Source of the DNA: Bacteroidota bacterium
GTDB taxonomy: Bacteria; Bacteroidota; Bacteroidia; UKL13-3
Direction: 5' to 3'
Assembly (NCBI GenBank): GCA_947477885.1
Contig: CANJUD010000004.1
Span: 36,997 to 100,996, forward strand
DNA: 64,000 nucleotides
Positions 39,259 through 48,101 of the stretch are shown in pieces. The position numbers were made by a program, and so were the translations under genes. A model generated the notes under the pieces. That model saw only the letters and a list, made by a program, of their open reading frames with translations. It was not told the origin of the DNA and ran no database searches. How positions within the stretch are numbered: the first letter of the stretch is position 1; each line of letters opens with the position of its first letter.

Positions 39259-40836
39259 TTACTCCTTAGTATCCCATTCCCACACAGAATAATACTTGGC
39301 AAACTCTATCAATCGTTTATGAGTTTTAAATACACCTGTAGGAGTTTTGGAGAGCAATAGGTCCCAATTTGCATTGGGTGTTATAATAAACTTATAAGGT
39401 GCCGAATCGAGTGCTTCTATGGTGCGAATTCCAAATTTTGTTTTTGCATAGCCAATCAAATCACGGTCGTACGGTTCATATTGGTCTAGTGGTTTCGAGA
39501 GTAAAATAAACTGGGTTATGTTTTTACGATTATTATAGCTCGATTTGAAATAGGTTTTCATGGAATACAGCCATTCATTGTAATAGATTGTTGGTTCTGC
39601 AGCTATTAGAATTGGCGTATTCTCATTCGTGTTTTCTTTAATATATTGCAGCATTAAATTTGATTTTATCCCTTCATCAGCATATATATAAGTGCGGTAG
39701 AAAGCCACAACTACTTGGCATGTAACCAAAAATACCGTGATTAAAATAACATACTTATAATACTTTTCGATATAGTTTAACATATATAACAATCCAAAGC
39801 ATACTGCCAATGCTGGTCCTATTGCAGATGGGATTAAATATCGTTCGGTCATAGCAGATTTCATGTATATAACAAATTGTGGTCCCAATAGCAATACATT
39901 GAATATAATAACAAATCCAAAATCGGAATAGAAGTTTTTGAATAGTGATTTTATTCGCTGCGGCGAATTATCTCTCTGATTTTTAATCCAAAATAACAAT
40001 ATCAACCCCAGTGAAATGGCAAATCCATTGGTGAGCAAAAACAACCACACCGCTGATTTTAAAATGTTTAATATATATTTGAGCGAGAATCCATCATACC
40101 CCGCATACCCTATATTTTGATTGCCCACCAAAAACTTGATGCAAGCCAAACCTATGACAACGAGTATAATATTAGTAATACAAAATATCTTGTTATTCTT
40201 TACAATATCCCAACTAAAAGTTTGATATTTCATATAGAGCATCCATACCACAAAAGCTGGAATAGCAATCAAAAATGTTTCTTTGAACAGTGCTCCTGAA
40301 ATAATAAATATGCTATAAAATATATATTTTAGAATCGTAGTGAGATTTGATTTTGTATGCAAGGTATATATATAACTTGCGGCTAATATGCAAGTAAGCC
40401 CTTCTGTTTCGCCCAAGCCCAGCCTGTACCAGAGGGCTACTTGCATACCCATCATACTCATAAACGAAAATAAAAGAGCGAATGAAGCATTGTTTTTATA
40501 AGTCTTTAATCCCAAAAATAAAAACAAACATGCAGTAATCATTGCATGCAGTAAATCATAATAGTAGTAATTGGAAAAAGTATCGCCCCAAAAATATATT
40601 TTGGTGATATAAGTAATATAATAAAAAAATCGGAAACGGATATCTAAATCATTACTAATCCACTTATGCATAGTGTGCCAGTATCCATTGGCTTTTAAGT
40701 CGTCGGATATTTGATATATGGCATGGTCATCAGTAAAATGAAAACCACTCTGAAAAGCCCCACTAAGTTTTAAAAACAAAAACCAAAATAGACTGAGTCC
40801 AATAATTATATATATATTCCTTTTGGTATTTTTCAT
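39259..40836 (-). CDS. Multi-pass membrane protein, GT-C fold glycosyltransferase-like
   Basis: TDD in the first loop, RFRFF, KE motif, ERYLIP; roughly 11-12 transmembrane segments. Confidence 0.6.
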   Translation of the reverse strand: MKNTKRNIYIIIGLSLFWFLFLKLSGAFQSGFHFTDDHAIYQISDDLKANGYWHTMHKWISNDLDIRFRFFYYITYITKIYFWGDTFSNYYYYDLLHAMITACLFLFLGLKTYKNNASFALLFSFMSMMGMQVALWYRLGLGETEGLTCILAASYIYTLHTKSNLTTILKYIFYSIFIISGALFKETFLIAIPAFVVWMLYMKYQTFSWDIVKNNKIFCITNIILVVIGLACIKFLVGNQNIGYAGYDGFSLKYILNILKSAVWLFLLTNGFAISLGLILLFWIKNQRDNSPQRIKSLFKNFYSDFGFVIIFNVLLLGPQFVIYMKSAMTERYLIPSAIGPALAVCFGLLYMLNYIEKYYKYVILITVFLVTCQVVVAFYRTYIYADEGIKSNLMLQYIKENTNENTPILIAAEPTIYYNEWLYSMKTYFKSSYNNRKNITQFILLSKPLDQYEPYDRDLIGYAKTKFGIRTIEALDSAPYKFIITPNANWDLLLSKTPTGVFKTHKRLIEFAKYYSVWEWDTKE

Positions 40837-40876
40837 TTACAATCAATCACTCCAGTTGTATATATAGTATTATGAC

Positions 40877-41602
40877 TTATCCTTTATAATCTTTCAAATA
40901 GGCTGCAGCTCTGTCTCTATCAGGAAGTTTACATTCATAAAATCTGTAAAATGCCAATCCTTTGCTAATTCCAAAGACCGAGCATTTACAGTCATCGTAA
41001 AAGTATTCGAGAACTTCTTGCACCTCTCTTGCCTTATTTACGTGTTCGTGGTTCATCAGCACATGATAGGGGAGTTTGTGTTTGAGCCAAAATTCAATAC
41101 CGGTGGTAAGGGTATAGCCCAATTTCCACATAATAGTTCCTTCATTGGGAATAGAAATACGCAGGCTCCCGCCTTCGTTCATCATCAAACAACTTTTAGC
41201 AACCACCTTCGGTAGGTCGGTAACATGCTCAAAAGTAGCTATAGCTGTTATGCGGTCATATTGTTGTTTAAGTTCTATTTCGTCAATATCATCATAAATA
41301 TTGCGAACTTTACTGAGCAAGGGATTTCCTTCAAACAAACTTTTGAAAGGCTCAATTATATCGTATGGGGATGCATCTTCATACTGCAATTGGTTTAAGG
41401 TGCCTGCACCGATTTCCAATGTGGCTTTATCGCTTTTGCCCACAAGGTCGGCAGCAGCTTTTTTGTGCAGCCACTCTTCCATCTTATTTGATACAGAAGT
41501 GGCGGCAGTAGCACCATCACGGTTTTTCCTGTAGTGTTCAGCATAAATTTTTTGGTAGGCTTCAGGCAGCACTGACCTTTGTTTGGGGAATTTTTCGAAC
41601 AT
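40877..41602 (-). CDS. Class I SAM-dependent methyltransferase
   Basis: TLEIGAG, FEHVTD, ISIPNEG. Confidence 0.8.
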   Translation of the reverse strand: MFEKFPKQRSVLPEAYQKIYAEHYRKNRDGATAATSVSNKMEEWLHKKAAADLVGKSDKATLEIGAGTLNQLQYEDASPYDIIEPFKSLFEGNPLLSKVRNIYDDIDEIELKQQYDRITAIATFEHVTDLPKVVAKSCLMMNEGGSLRISIPNEGTIMWKLGYTLTTGIEFWLKHKLPYHVLMNHEHVNKAREVQEVLEYFYDDCKCSVFGISKGLAFYRFYECKLPDRDRAAAYLKDYKG

Positions 41603-41695
41603 AGTTTTGGTTAAAAAAGGTTTCAAAAATACAATAAAATAAATATATGGAGGCACCGTATTTTATATCAGCTCAAAGTTTCTTAAATTTGACCC

Positions 41696-42550
41696 GTGAA
41701 AAAATATATACTTCCGTTGTTGATTCTGGTATTCATAAACAATATTAATGCTCAAAAAAAAGACGCTTATATAATCTATAACAATAAAGGCAAAAAAGTG
41801 ACGTATGCCCAAATGTTAAAATCAATGTCAGCGGCTGATATCGCTCTGTTTGGCGAACAACATAACTGTGCAATTGCCCATTGGCTGCAATTAGAAACAA
41901 TCAAAGATTTATATAGTAAGCGAAAGCTAACCTTGGGTGCCGAGATGGTTGAGGCGGACAATCAAACGCAATTGGATTTATATTTGAACGGTAAAATAAA
42001 TCAAAAGGCTTTTGATACTACTGCCAGGCTTTGGCCCAATTATGCTACAGACTATGCACCCTTGGTAAATTTTGCAAAGGATAGTCATTTGGTTTTTGTT
42101 GCTACCAATATTCCGAGAAAATTTGCAAATCAGGTAATGAAAAGAGGTTTTCAAACCTTAGATAGCTTAACTCCACAACAAAAGACTTGGATGGCTCCGC
42201 TACCTATGGCTTATGATTCTACATTACCTGGATATATAAAAATTGTAGAAATGATGGGCGGACACGGTGGTTCCAACATGCCCAAAGCCCAAGCCACCAA
42301 AGATGCGACCATGGCGTATTTCACGCTTAAAAATTATGTTTCCGGAAATCTGTTTGTACATTTTAATGGAGCATTTCACAGCGATAATCACGAAGGAATA
42401 TTATGGTATCTGAAAAAAGATAAACCCAATCTAAAATATATAACAATAAGTACCGTAACCCAACAAGATATATATAAACTAGAAAAAGAAAATATTGGCA
42501 AGGCTGATTTTATAATCTGTGTAGATGAGGATATGACGAATACTTATTAG
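41696..42550 (+). CDS. ChaN family (haem-uptake/iron-regulated) protein
   Basis: FGEQHN, HWLQ, GAEM, KDATMA, NGAFHS; GTG start. Confidence 0.85.
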   Translation: MKKYILPLLILVFINNINAQKKDAYIIYNNKGKKVTYAQMLKSMSAADIALFGEQHNCAIAHWLQLETIKDLYSKRKLTLGAEMVEADNQTQLDLYLNGKINQKAFDTTARLWPNYATDYAPLVNFAKDSHLVFVATNIPRKFANQVMKRGFQTLDSLTPQQKTWMAPLPMAYDSTLPGYIKIVEMMGGHGGSNMPKAQATKDATMAYFTLKNYVSGNLFVHFNGAFHSDNHEGILWYLKKDKPNLKYITISTVTQQDIYKLEKENIGKADFIICVDEDMTNTY

Positions 42551-42609
42551 GAATAAAGAGTAAGGAGCTGACGCCGAATGGCACTTATGCCTTAATCCTT
42601 TTTCCCTAA
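42549..42609. repeat. Hairpin with TAAGGAG-type arms around GCTGACGCCGAATGGCACT
   Basis: Core 42567-42585 is identical to 19979-19997. Confidence 0.75.
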
Positions 42610-42617
42610 TGATTCTT

Positions 42618-45600
42618 CTATTTCTTCGGAATTATATATTCAAACTCTTTGCGATAAAACAGCCCTACACCTCCTGACATTACATTCTGGCTTAATACTG
42701 GATTGCTAGTATTGCGGTTAAAAACGTTCAACCTGAAATTACCGTCCTTGGTAATTAAATATTGGGCCGATGCATAACCCAGTTGGGTATTATCAATATT
42801 GTATGCAGCTTCCAATATAAATTTATTATTGAAATTTTTAAGCAATCCGATAATAGTTTGTTTTGATTGCGTGGTATTCGAAGATTGATAATTAATAGTT
42901 ACTTCCCATCCCGGAACTACTTGCGAAAGCCAATTACTCGCTTGTGCTGATAGCAAATCATTCACACTCCCGTTTACACCACCTGTAGTGAGACTGCCTA
43001 CATTTAGGCCACCTGTAGATGAGCCCTGCCTAGGTAAAAAACTTTTAATAAACAATAAACTAAATACTTGTCTATTCAGCTCTTCCGGGTCGCTTTCTAT
43101 TTGCTTGAGTGCAGTGATTAAAAAAGTATTATTGTCACTATTTTGGTTAGCTACATCGGGAAACTCAAGGCCAAATTTTATTTCGGGTTGTAATAGTAAA
43201 CCTCGCAAGTACATGATGGTATTTACAGTAATAAGTGGGCTGCCACTACTTGATGAATTGAGCAATGGTGCTGGGCTTGCTTTTATTTGATTATATGCTG
43301 TCATGTTCATCTGTGCTTTAAATGGATCGCCATCCCATATTAATGTGCCACCACTTTTTATTTTGAACATTTTATTATATATATTGAGTGCAGTAAACAA
43401 ATATTCTCCTTTTTCAATAGTATATAATCCGTACATTTTAAATTCACCTCTGCTATCTATTTCTAGTTTTAAATTTCCGTTTCCTTCACCTTTTATAATA
43501 TCGTTTATTGCCTTGTCAAATATCAGTTGTACCTCGGCATCAGGAGTAACTTCCAAATTAAAGTTCATTACAAAACCACTTTCATCCTTGGGTTTCTGAG
43601 ATACCACTTTTTTCTTAATTTTTGAAGTGTCTCTAGAAGTAAATTGTATAAAATCGCTCACATCGGAACCTTTATCATAGTTGATAGGGATGAATATTTT
43701 TGTTCCCTTTTCGCTTTTTGCATTAATATCCATTTGTATATGATCTACTGGGCCTGTAAACCGAGCACTACCGCTAGCATAGGCTACACCATAAAATAAT
43801 ATATTGTCTTTTTCAGTAGTATTTAAACACATCATATTGCGAACTTTTTTTAATGCCAAATCCAATACATAATTATCATAGCTCTTGTGATAAATTCTTC
43901 CTTCTAACATCGCACTACCTTTAATTCCTGTGCGATCTTCGAACAACGAAGCAATGCCCATATCGATATATTTTTTTTCAAGTTTTACAGTATGGTTATA
44001 TATAATATATCTTGTTCTGAGGTAATCAATCGTTAATGCAACTTCTTCTATATATATATATCCAGTTACTATGGGCTCCTTTAAGGTTCCACTTACTTTA
44101 AGATTCGCACTGGCCTTACCTTTAAGATTACTGCCTAGAAATTTAGCATACGATTCAAAACGTGATAAATCGGCATTGGGTAAAAGTAAATCTAGGTCAA
44201 GGTTATTGTTTTTAGATAGGTTTACCGTGCCATTTATTTTTAAATCTTTCATATAGCCAGATACTATTTTTATATTGGGAATTAATAGATTTTTACCTTG
44301 GTCATACTTTATTTTAAAATCCATTTCACCAACAGTATCTTTACCCAAAACAAATTGTTGTACATCTAAATCGGCATTAATTATAGGGTTGTCCAATAAT
44401 CTGTTCACATATATTAGTCCCGATGCTTGGCCATGCATACCGCCTTGCACCGTTTTCAAAAAGCCATTGATGATATCCAAATTAAAATAATGGCAACGCA
44501 CATTCAGCCCGCTTTCATAACTATGGCTTACTTCGCCGTCCAGCGACACATAAGTGCTACCCTGTAATATATTAAATTCAGGAATTATATATTTGCCATG
44601 GTAATAATAAAACCGACTATCATTTCTAATTTTAAATTGTTCATCATAAGCCCATACTCCTGAACTATCAAAATAAGCCATAATGGTATCATGTCCCAAT
44701 CTAATATTACCCGTTAAATCGAAACCATAGTTATTTAATTTTTTAGCACAATTTATTTTGAAAAATATACTTCCACCCTGCATAGTTGCATCTAATTTTG
44801 TCATATCAAAATTGATAGAATCGTTTAGGTTCATTTTGGTAATACTCCCATTAATTTTAGTGATATCTTCATTCTCTGGCTTAACAGTATTAAAGTTAAT
44901 TCCTTTAAATGATACATCGTCCCAAGCAAATTCAGAACAGTTAATAACGAGCTTTAAATTTTCATCAGCTTTATTATAACTTCCTGTTACTTCCCCAGTA
45001 CCAATTTTCATGTGAGGAAATAATAAATCTGTAATGGGTTTTGTGCTTTTTATCGCAAGTTTAAAGTTTAAATTGTGATCGAAAGCAATGGGCATTCTAG
45101 TGGCATAGTCAGGGAAGTAGTGATTGAAGAAATTATTCATGGCCACAGGCAAACTTCCTAGGTTATACTGCCCGCTAAGGTCCAAATCGAGTATATCAGA
45201 TTTAATGGATAAGTTACTAATTTTATCATTGCTATTTGTATAAAAACCTAAACTCACTGTTTGAAAAGTTTTATTATTTCTATTCACAAAAAGATTCTTC
45301 AATATGATACCACCCTCTATATTTTTTGCAGAATTCCCAGTAATATCTAGTGATAAATTGGTGGCAATTGTAGATGCGATAGTATCGAAATGGAGTGGAA
45401 GAAGATTCGCATTTTTAATAGTCGATTCAAAACTAAAATGGGGCAACTTGCCGCCAAAATCGATTATCCCCGCCATATTAAAATCTATATTGGGGTCAGC
45501 TACTATAATATTTCCTTTAAACGATCTGTGCCCGAATTTGCCATTTGCAGTAATATTACTATAAGTATATGATTTATATTCTACAGAATTAATCATTGAA

Positions 45601-46991
45601 TTAATTTTAGTATCAAGGTCACCTATTGTAAACCCACTGCCATCGATACTTGCGCTGCAGGTAATAAGGCCAACCGTAGGACTCATATTATAGAATTTTC
45701 CTGCATCAAATTTGTCTAAAGTAAATTCTCCTTTATAGGATGGTTTCATTCTATTGTTAGTTGGAAACTTCATATTTAGATTGCAAGTGCCAATTCCCAG
45801 TTCTGTTTTTATATTTCCATCAATAGCGAAATCAGAGATATAACCTCTAAAATTTCCAACAAAATCTATAATCCCCATTTTAGCAATTTGCACAGGTAGT
45901 TCAGGGAGGTGCAAGATGGTTTCCATTTCATCTTTTTCCGCAGTAGCTTTACTAATATCAAAACTCATGTGCGTTTTTTCTACATCAGGTAGGCCAGTAA
46001 AGCAGGCATTTCCATGCACTACAGTTTTTGCTCCATAATTTATTTTCGCATTTAAAATTCTTAAATTGCTAATAGGACCTTTAATGTTTCCACTAAATAA
46101 ATAATCTTCAGTAACGCCTTGCATTATATAATTAAAGTACACCAAATCGCGTGCACTCACCTTCGAGTTTATAATATGCCCATCAATTTTAACTGAATCA
46201 ACAAAGTCTTCCAGATCCTCATAATCATTATAAGTCAACTTCAGTTTATTTCCTATTTTGCTGTATGGAGTACTAAGTGAGAAATTATCGAACTGCATTG
46301 TCTTATCGCTCACAGCCAGCTTGGCTTCAACATTGGTTACTTGCCAACCACATTTCTCTATAAAGTTAAATCCAGTTATTTTGCAACTGATAGAATCATC
46401 AATCAATTTTATATTGTTTACTGTGGCGTTGAGATTTCTGAACTCCATATAATTCAAATCCAGTTGCCGTGTGTCAGGTTTCTTTCGTTTATCGCTCCAA
46501 CTAATCAAACTATTTTTCAGTTCAACATCACTGATATTTATAATAAATGGAGGTTTCTTGGGCCCACCTTTTACACTAGGTTTAGAGAAATATTTTCGGA
46601 TAAAATCAAGATTATTTCCCTTCACACCCGGGTGAACCATAAAGTTTAATCGAGCTTCTTCCAACACAACTTTATGTACTACAATATCTCGAGTAGTAAA
46701 AGTTTTTAAATCAAGATAAGCTGTTAATTTTTTGATACGACAAAAACTATCTTGCTGCTGGTCGTTCATTATTACACCATAAAATTCGAATTTATAAAAA
46801 GTGAAAGCCACACTATCAATATGTAAAGTGGTTTTTAATTCTTCACTGTAATACTTCTCAATTTTATGTATAAAATAATTTTGAAATGGTTTGCTGTTGA
46901 GCAACACAAACAAATTGGTGGCCAGAAAAAATATGGCCGATACCAAAAATACTGATATTTTTGTGAACTTTTTACGCAAACCTTGCTGCAA
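42618..46991 (-). CDS. tamB: Translocation/assembly module TamB domain protein
   Basis: N-terminal anchor, long beta-rich body, WDGDP..A, QVFSLL, C-terminal GVGLFYRKEF; true start may be TTG 46979. Confidence 0.85.
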   Translation of the reverse strand: MQQGLRKKFTKISVFLVSAIFFLATNLFVLLNSKPFQNYFIHKIEKYYSEELKTTLHIDSVAFTFYKFEFYGVIMNDQQQDSFCRIKKLTAYLDLKTFTTRDIVVHKVVLEEARLNFMVHPGVKGNNLDFIRKYFSKPSVKGGPKKPPFIINISDVELKNSLISWSDKRKKPDTRQLDLNYMEFRNLNATVNNIKLIDDSISCKITGFNFIEKCGWQVTNVEAKLAVSDKTMQFDNFSLSTPYSKIGNKLKLTYNDYEDLEDFVDSVKIDGHIINSKVSARDLVYFNYIMQGVTEDYLFSGNIKGPISNLRILNAKINYGAKTVVHGNACFTGLPDVEKTHMSFDISKATAEKDEMETILHLPELPVQIAKMGIIDFVGNFRGYISDFAIDGNIKTELGIGTCNLNMKFPTNNRMKPSYKGEFTLDKFDAGKFYNMSPTVGLITCSASIDGSGFTIGDLDTKINSMINSVEYKSYTYSNITANGKFGHRSFKGNIIVADPNIDFNMAGIIDFGGKLPHFSFESTIKNANLLPLHFDTIASTIATNLSLDITGNSAKNIEGGIILKNLFVNRNNKTFQTVSLGFYTNSNDKISNLSIKSDILDLDLSGQYNLGSLPVAMNNFFNHYFPDYATRMPIAFDHNLNFKLAIKSTKPITDLLFPHMKIGTGEVTGSYNKADENLKLVINCSEFAWDDVSFKGINFNTVKPENEDITKINGSITKMNLNDSINFDMTKLDATMQGGSIFFKINCAKKLNNYGFDLTGNIRLGHDTIMAYFDSSGVWAYDEQFKIRNDSRFYYYHGKYIIPEFNILQGSTYVSLDGEVSHSYESGLNVRCHYFNLDIINGFLKTVQGGMHGQASGLIYVNRLLDNPIINADLDVQQFVLGKDTVGEMDFKIKYDQGKNLLIPNIKIVSGYMKDLKINGTVNLSKNNNLDLDLLLPNADLSRFESYAKFLGSNLKGKASANLKVSGTLKEPIVTGYIYIEEVALTIDYLRTRYIIYNHTVKLEKKYIDMGIASLFEDRTGIKGSAMLEGRIYHKSYDNYVLDLALKKVRNMMCLNTTEKDNILFYGVAYASGSARFTGPVDHIQMDINAKSEKGTKIFIPINYDKGSDVSDFIQFTSRDTSKIKKKVVSQKPKDESGFVMNFNLEVTPDAEVQLIFDKAINDIIKGEGNGNLKLEIDSRGEFKMYGLYTIEKGEYLFTALNIYNKMFKIKSGGTLIWDGDPFKAQMNMTAYNQIKASPAPLLNSSSSGSPLITVNTIMYLRGLLLQPEIKFGLEFPDVANQNSDNNTFLITALKQIESDPEELNRQVFSLLFIKSFLPRQGSSTGGLNVGSLTTGGVNGSVNDLLSAQASNWLSQVVPGWEVTINYQSSNTTQSKQTIIGLLKNFNNKFILEAAYNIDNTQLGYASAQYLITKDGNFRLNVFNRNTSNPVLSQNVMSGGVGLFYRKEFEYIIPKK

Positions 46992-47011
46992 AGTTAACTG
47001 TTATAAATTTA

Positions 47012-48019
47012 ATGTCCGATATAATCATTCTTGCTATAGAATCAAGTTGCGACGACACGGGTGCCGCTGTGGTGGCCAATGGCAATATTCTTGCCAACGT
47101 GGTTGCGAGCCAAAGCATACACGAGAAATGGGGTGGGGTAGTGCCCGAGCTCGCATCACGTGCCCACATGCAACACATAGTGCCGGTGGTACACGAGGCT
47201 TTGCAAATTGCCGAAATCGATAAAAAAAATTTAAGTGCGGTAGCTCTCACCGCAGGTCCTGGACTTATTGGTTCACTGTTGGTTGGTGCTACGTTTGCAA
47301 AAAGTTTTGCCTTGGCTTTGGATATTCCCCTCATCAGCGTGAATCACCTGCAAGCCCACGTAATGGCATTGCTCATTGATGAACCCAAACCCAGTTTTCC
47401 GTTTTTATGCCTGCTCGTTTCTGGCGGACACACCCAACTGATAGTTGTAAAAGCCCCACTCGAATTTGAAATTATCGGACAAACAACCGACGACGCAGCA
47501 GGGGAGGCCTTCGACAAAACTGCCAAAATTTTGGGACTAACTTATCCTGGCGGACCATTATTAGATAAACTTGCCCAACAAGGAAATCATACCATTCATA
47601 AATTTCCCAAACCGCAAATTGCAGAACTCGATTTTAGTTTCAGTGGATTTAAAACATCGGTATTATATTATATAGAAAAACAAAAAAAACTCAATCCGGA
47701 TTTTGTTGCCGAAAATATAAATGATTTGTGTGCCGCTATACAATATACCATTGTAGAAACGCTCACAGATAAAGTATTAAAAGCCATCGAGCAAACAGGA
47801 ATTACCCAAGTAGCCATAGCCGGCGGCGTAGCAGCCAACAGCGGACTCCGTCTAAAACTACAATTATTATCCCAGCAAAAAGGATTCGATTTATATATTC
47901 CCGCTTTCCAATACTGTACCGACAATGCCGCAATGATTGCAATTACTGCCCATTATCAATATATGAAAAATGATTTCGCGGATCAGAGTTTGGCTCCTTA
48001 CCCTAGAGTTTCAGTCTGA
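47012..48019 (+). CDS. tsaD: tRNA N6-adenosine threonylcarbamoyltransferase
   Basis: IESSCDDT, GGVVPELASRAH, HLQAH, SGGHT, DNAAMI. Confidence 0.97.
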   Translation: MSDIIILAIESSCDDTGAAVVANGNILANVVASQSIHEKWGGVVPELASRAHMQHIVPVVHEALQIAEIDKKNLSAVALTAGPGLIGSLLVGATFAKSFALALDIPLISVNHLQAHVMALLIDEPKPSFPFLCLLVSGGHTQLIVVKAPLEFEIIGQTTDDAAGEAFDKTAKILGLTYPGGPLLDKLAQQGNHTIHKFPKPQIAELDFSFSGFKTSVLYYIEKQKKLNPDFVAENINDLCAAIQYTIVETLTDKVLKAIEQTGITQVAIAGGVAANSGLRLKLQLLSQQKGFDLYIPAFQYCTDNAAMIAITAHYQYMKNDFADQSLAPYPRVSV

Positions 48020-48101
48020 GTTTATCGAACACGTTTGAAGGTTTGTAGAATCTATTAACTGCATCTGGTTTGCTTAGCAGCCAAAAAGAAGCAGCACACA
48101 A

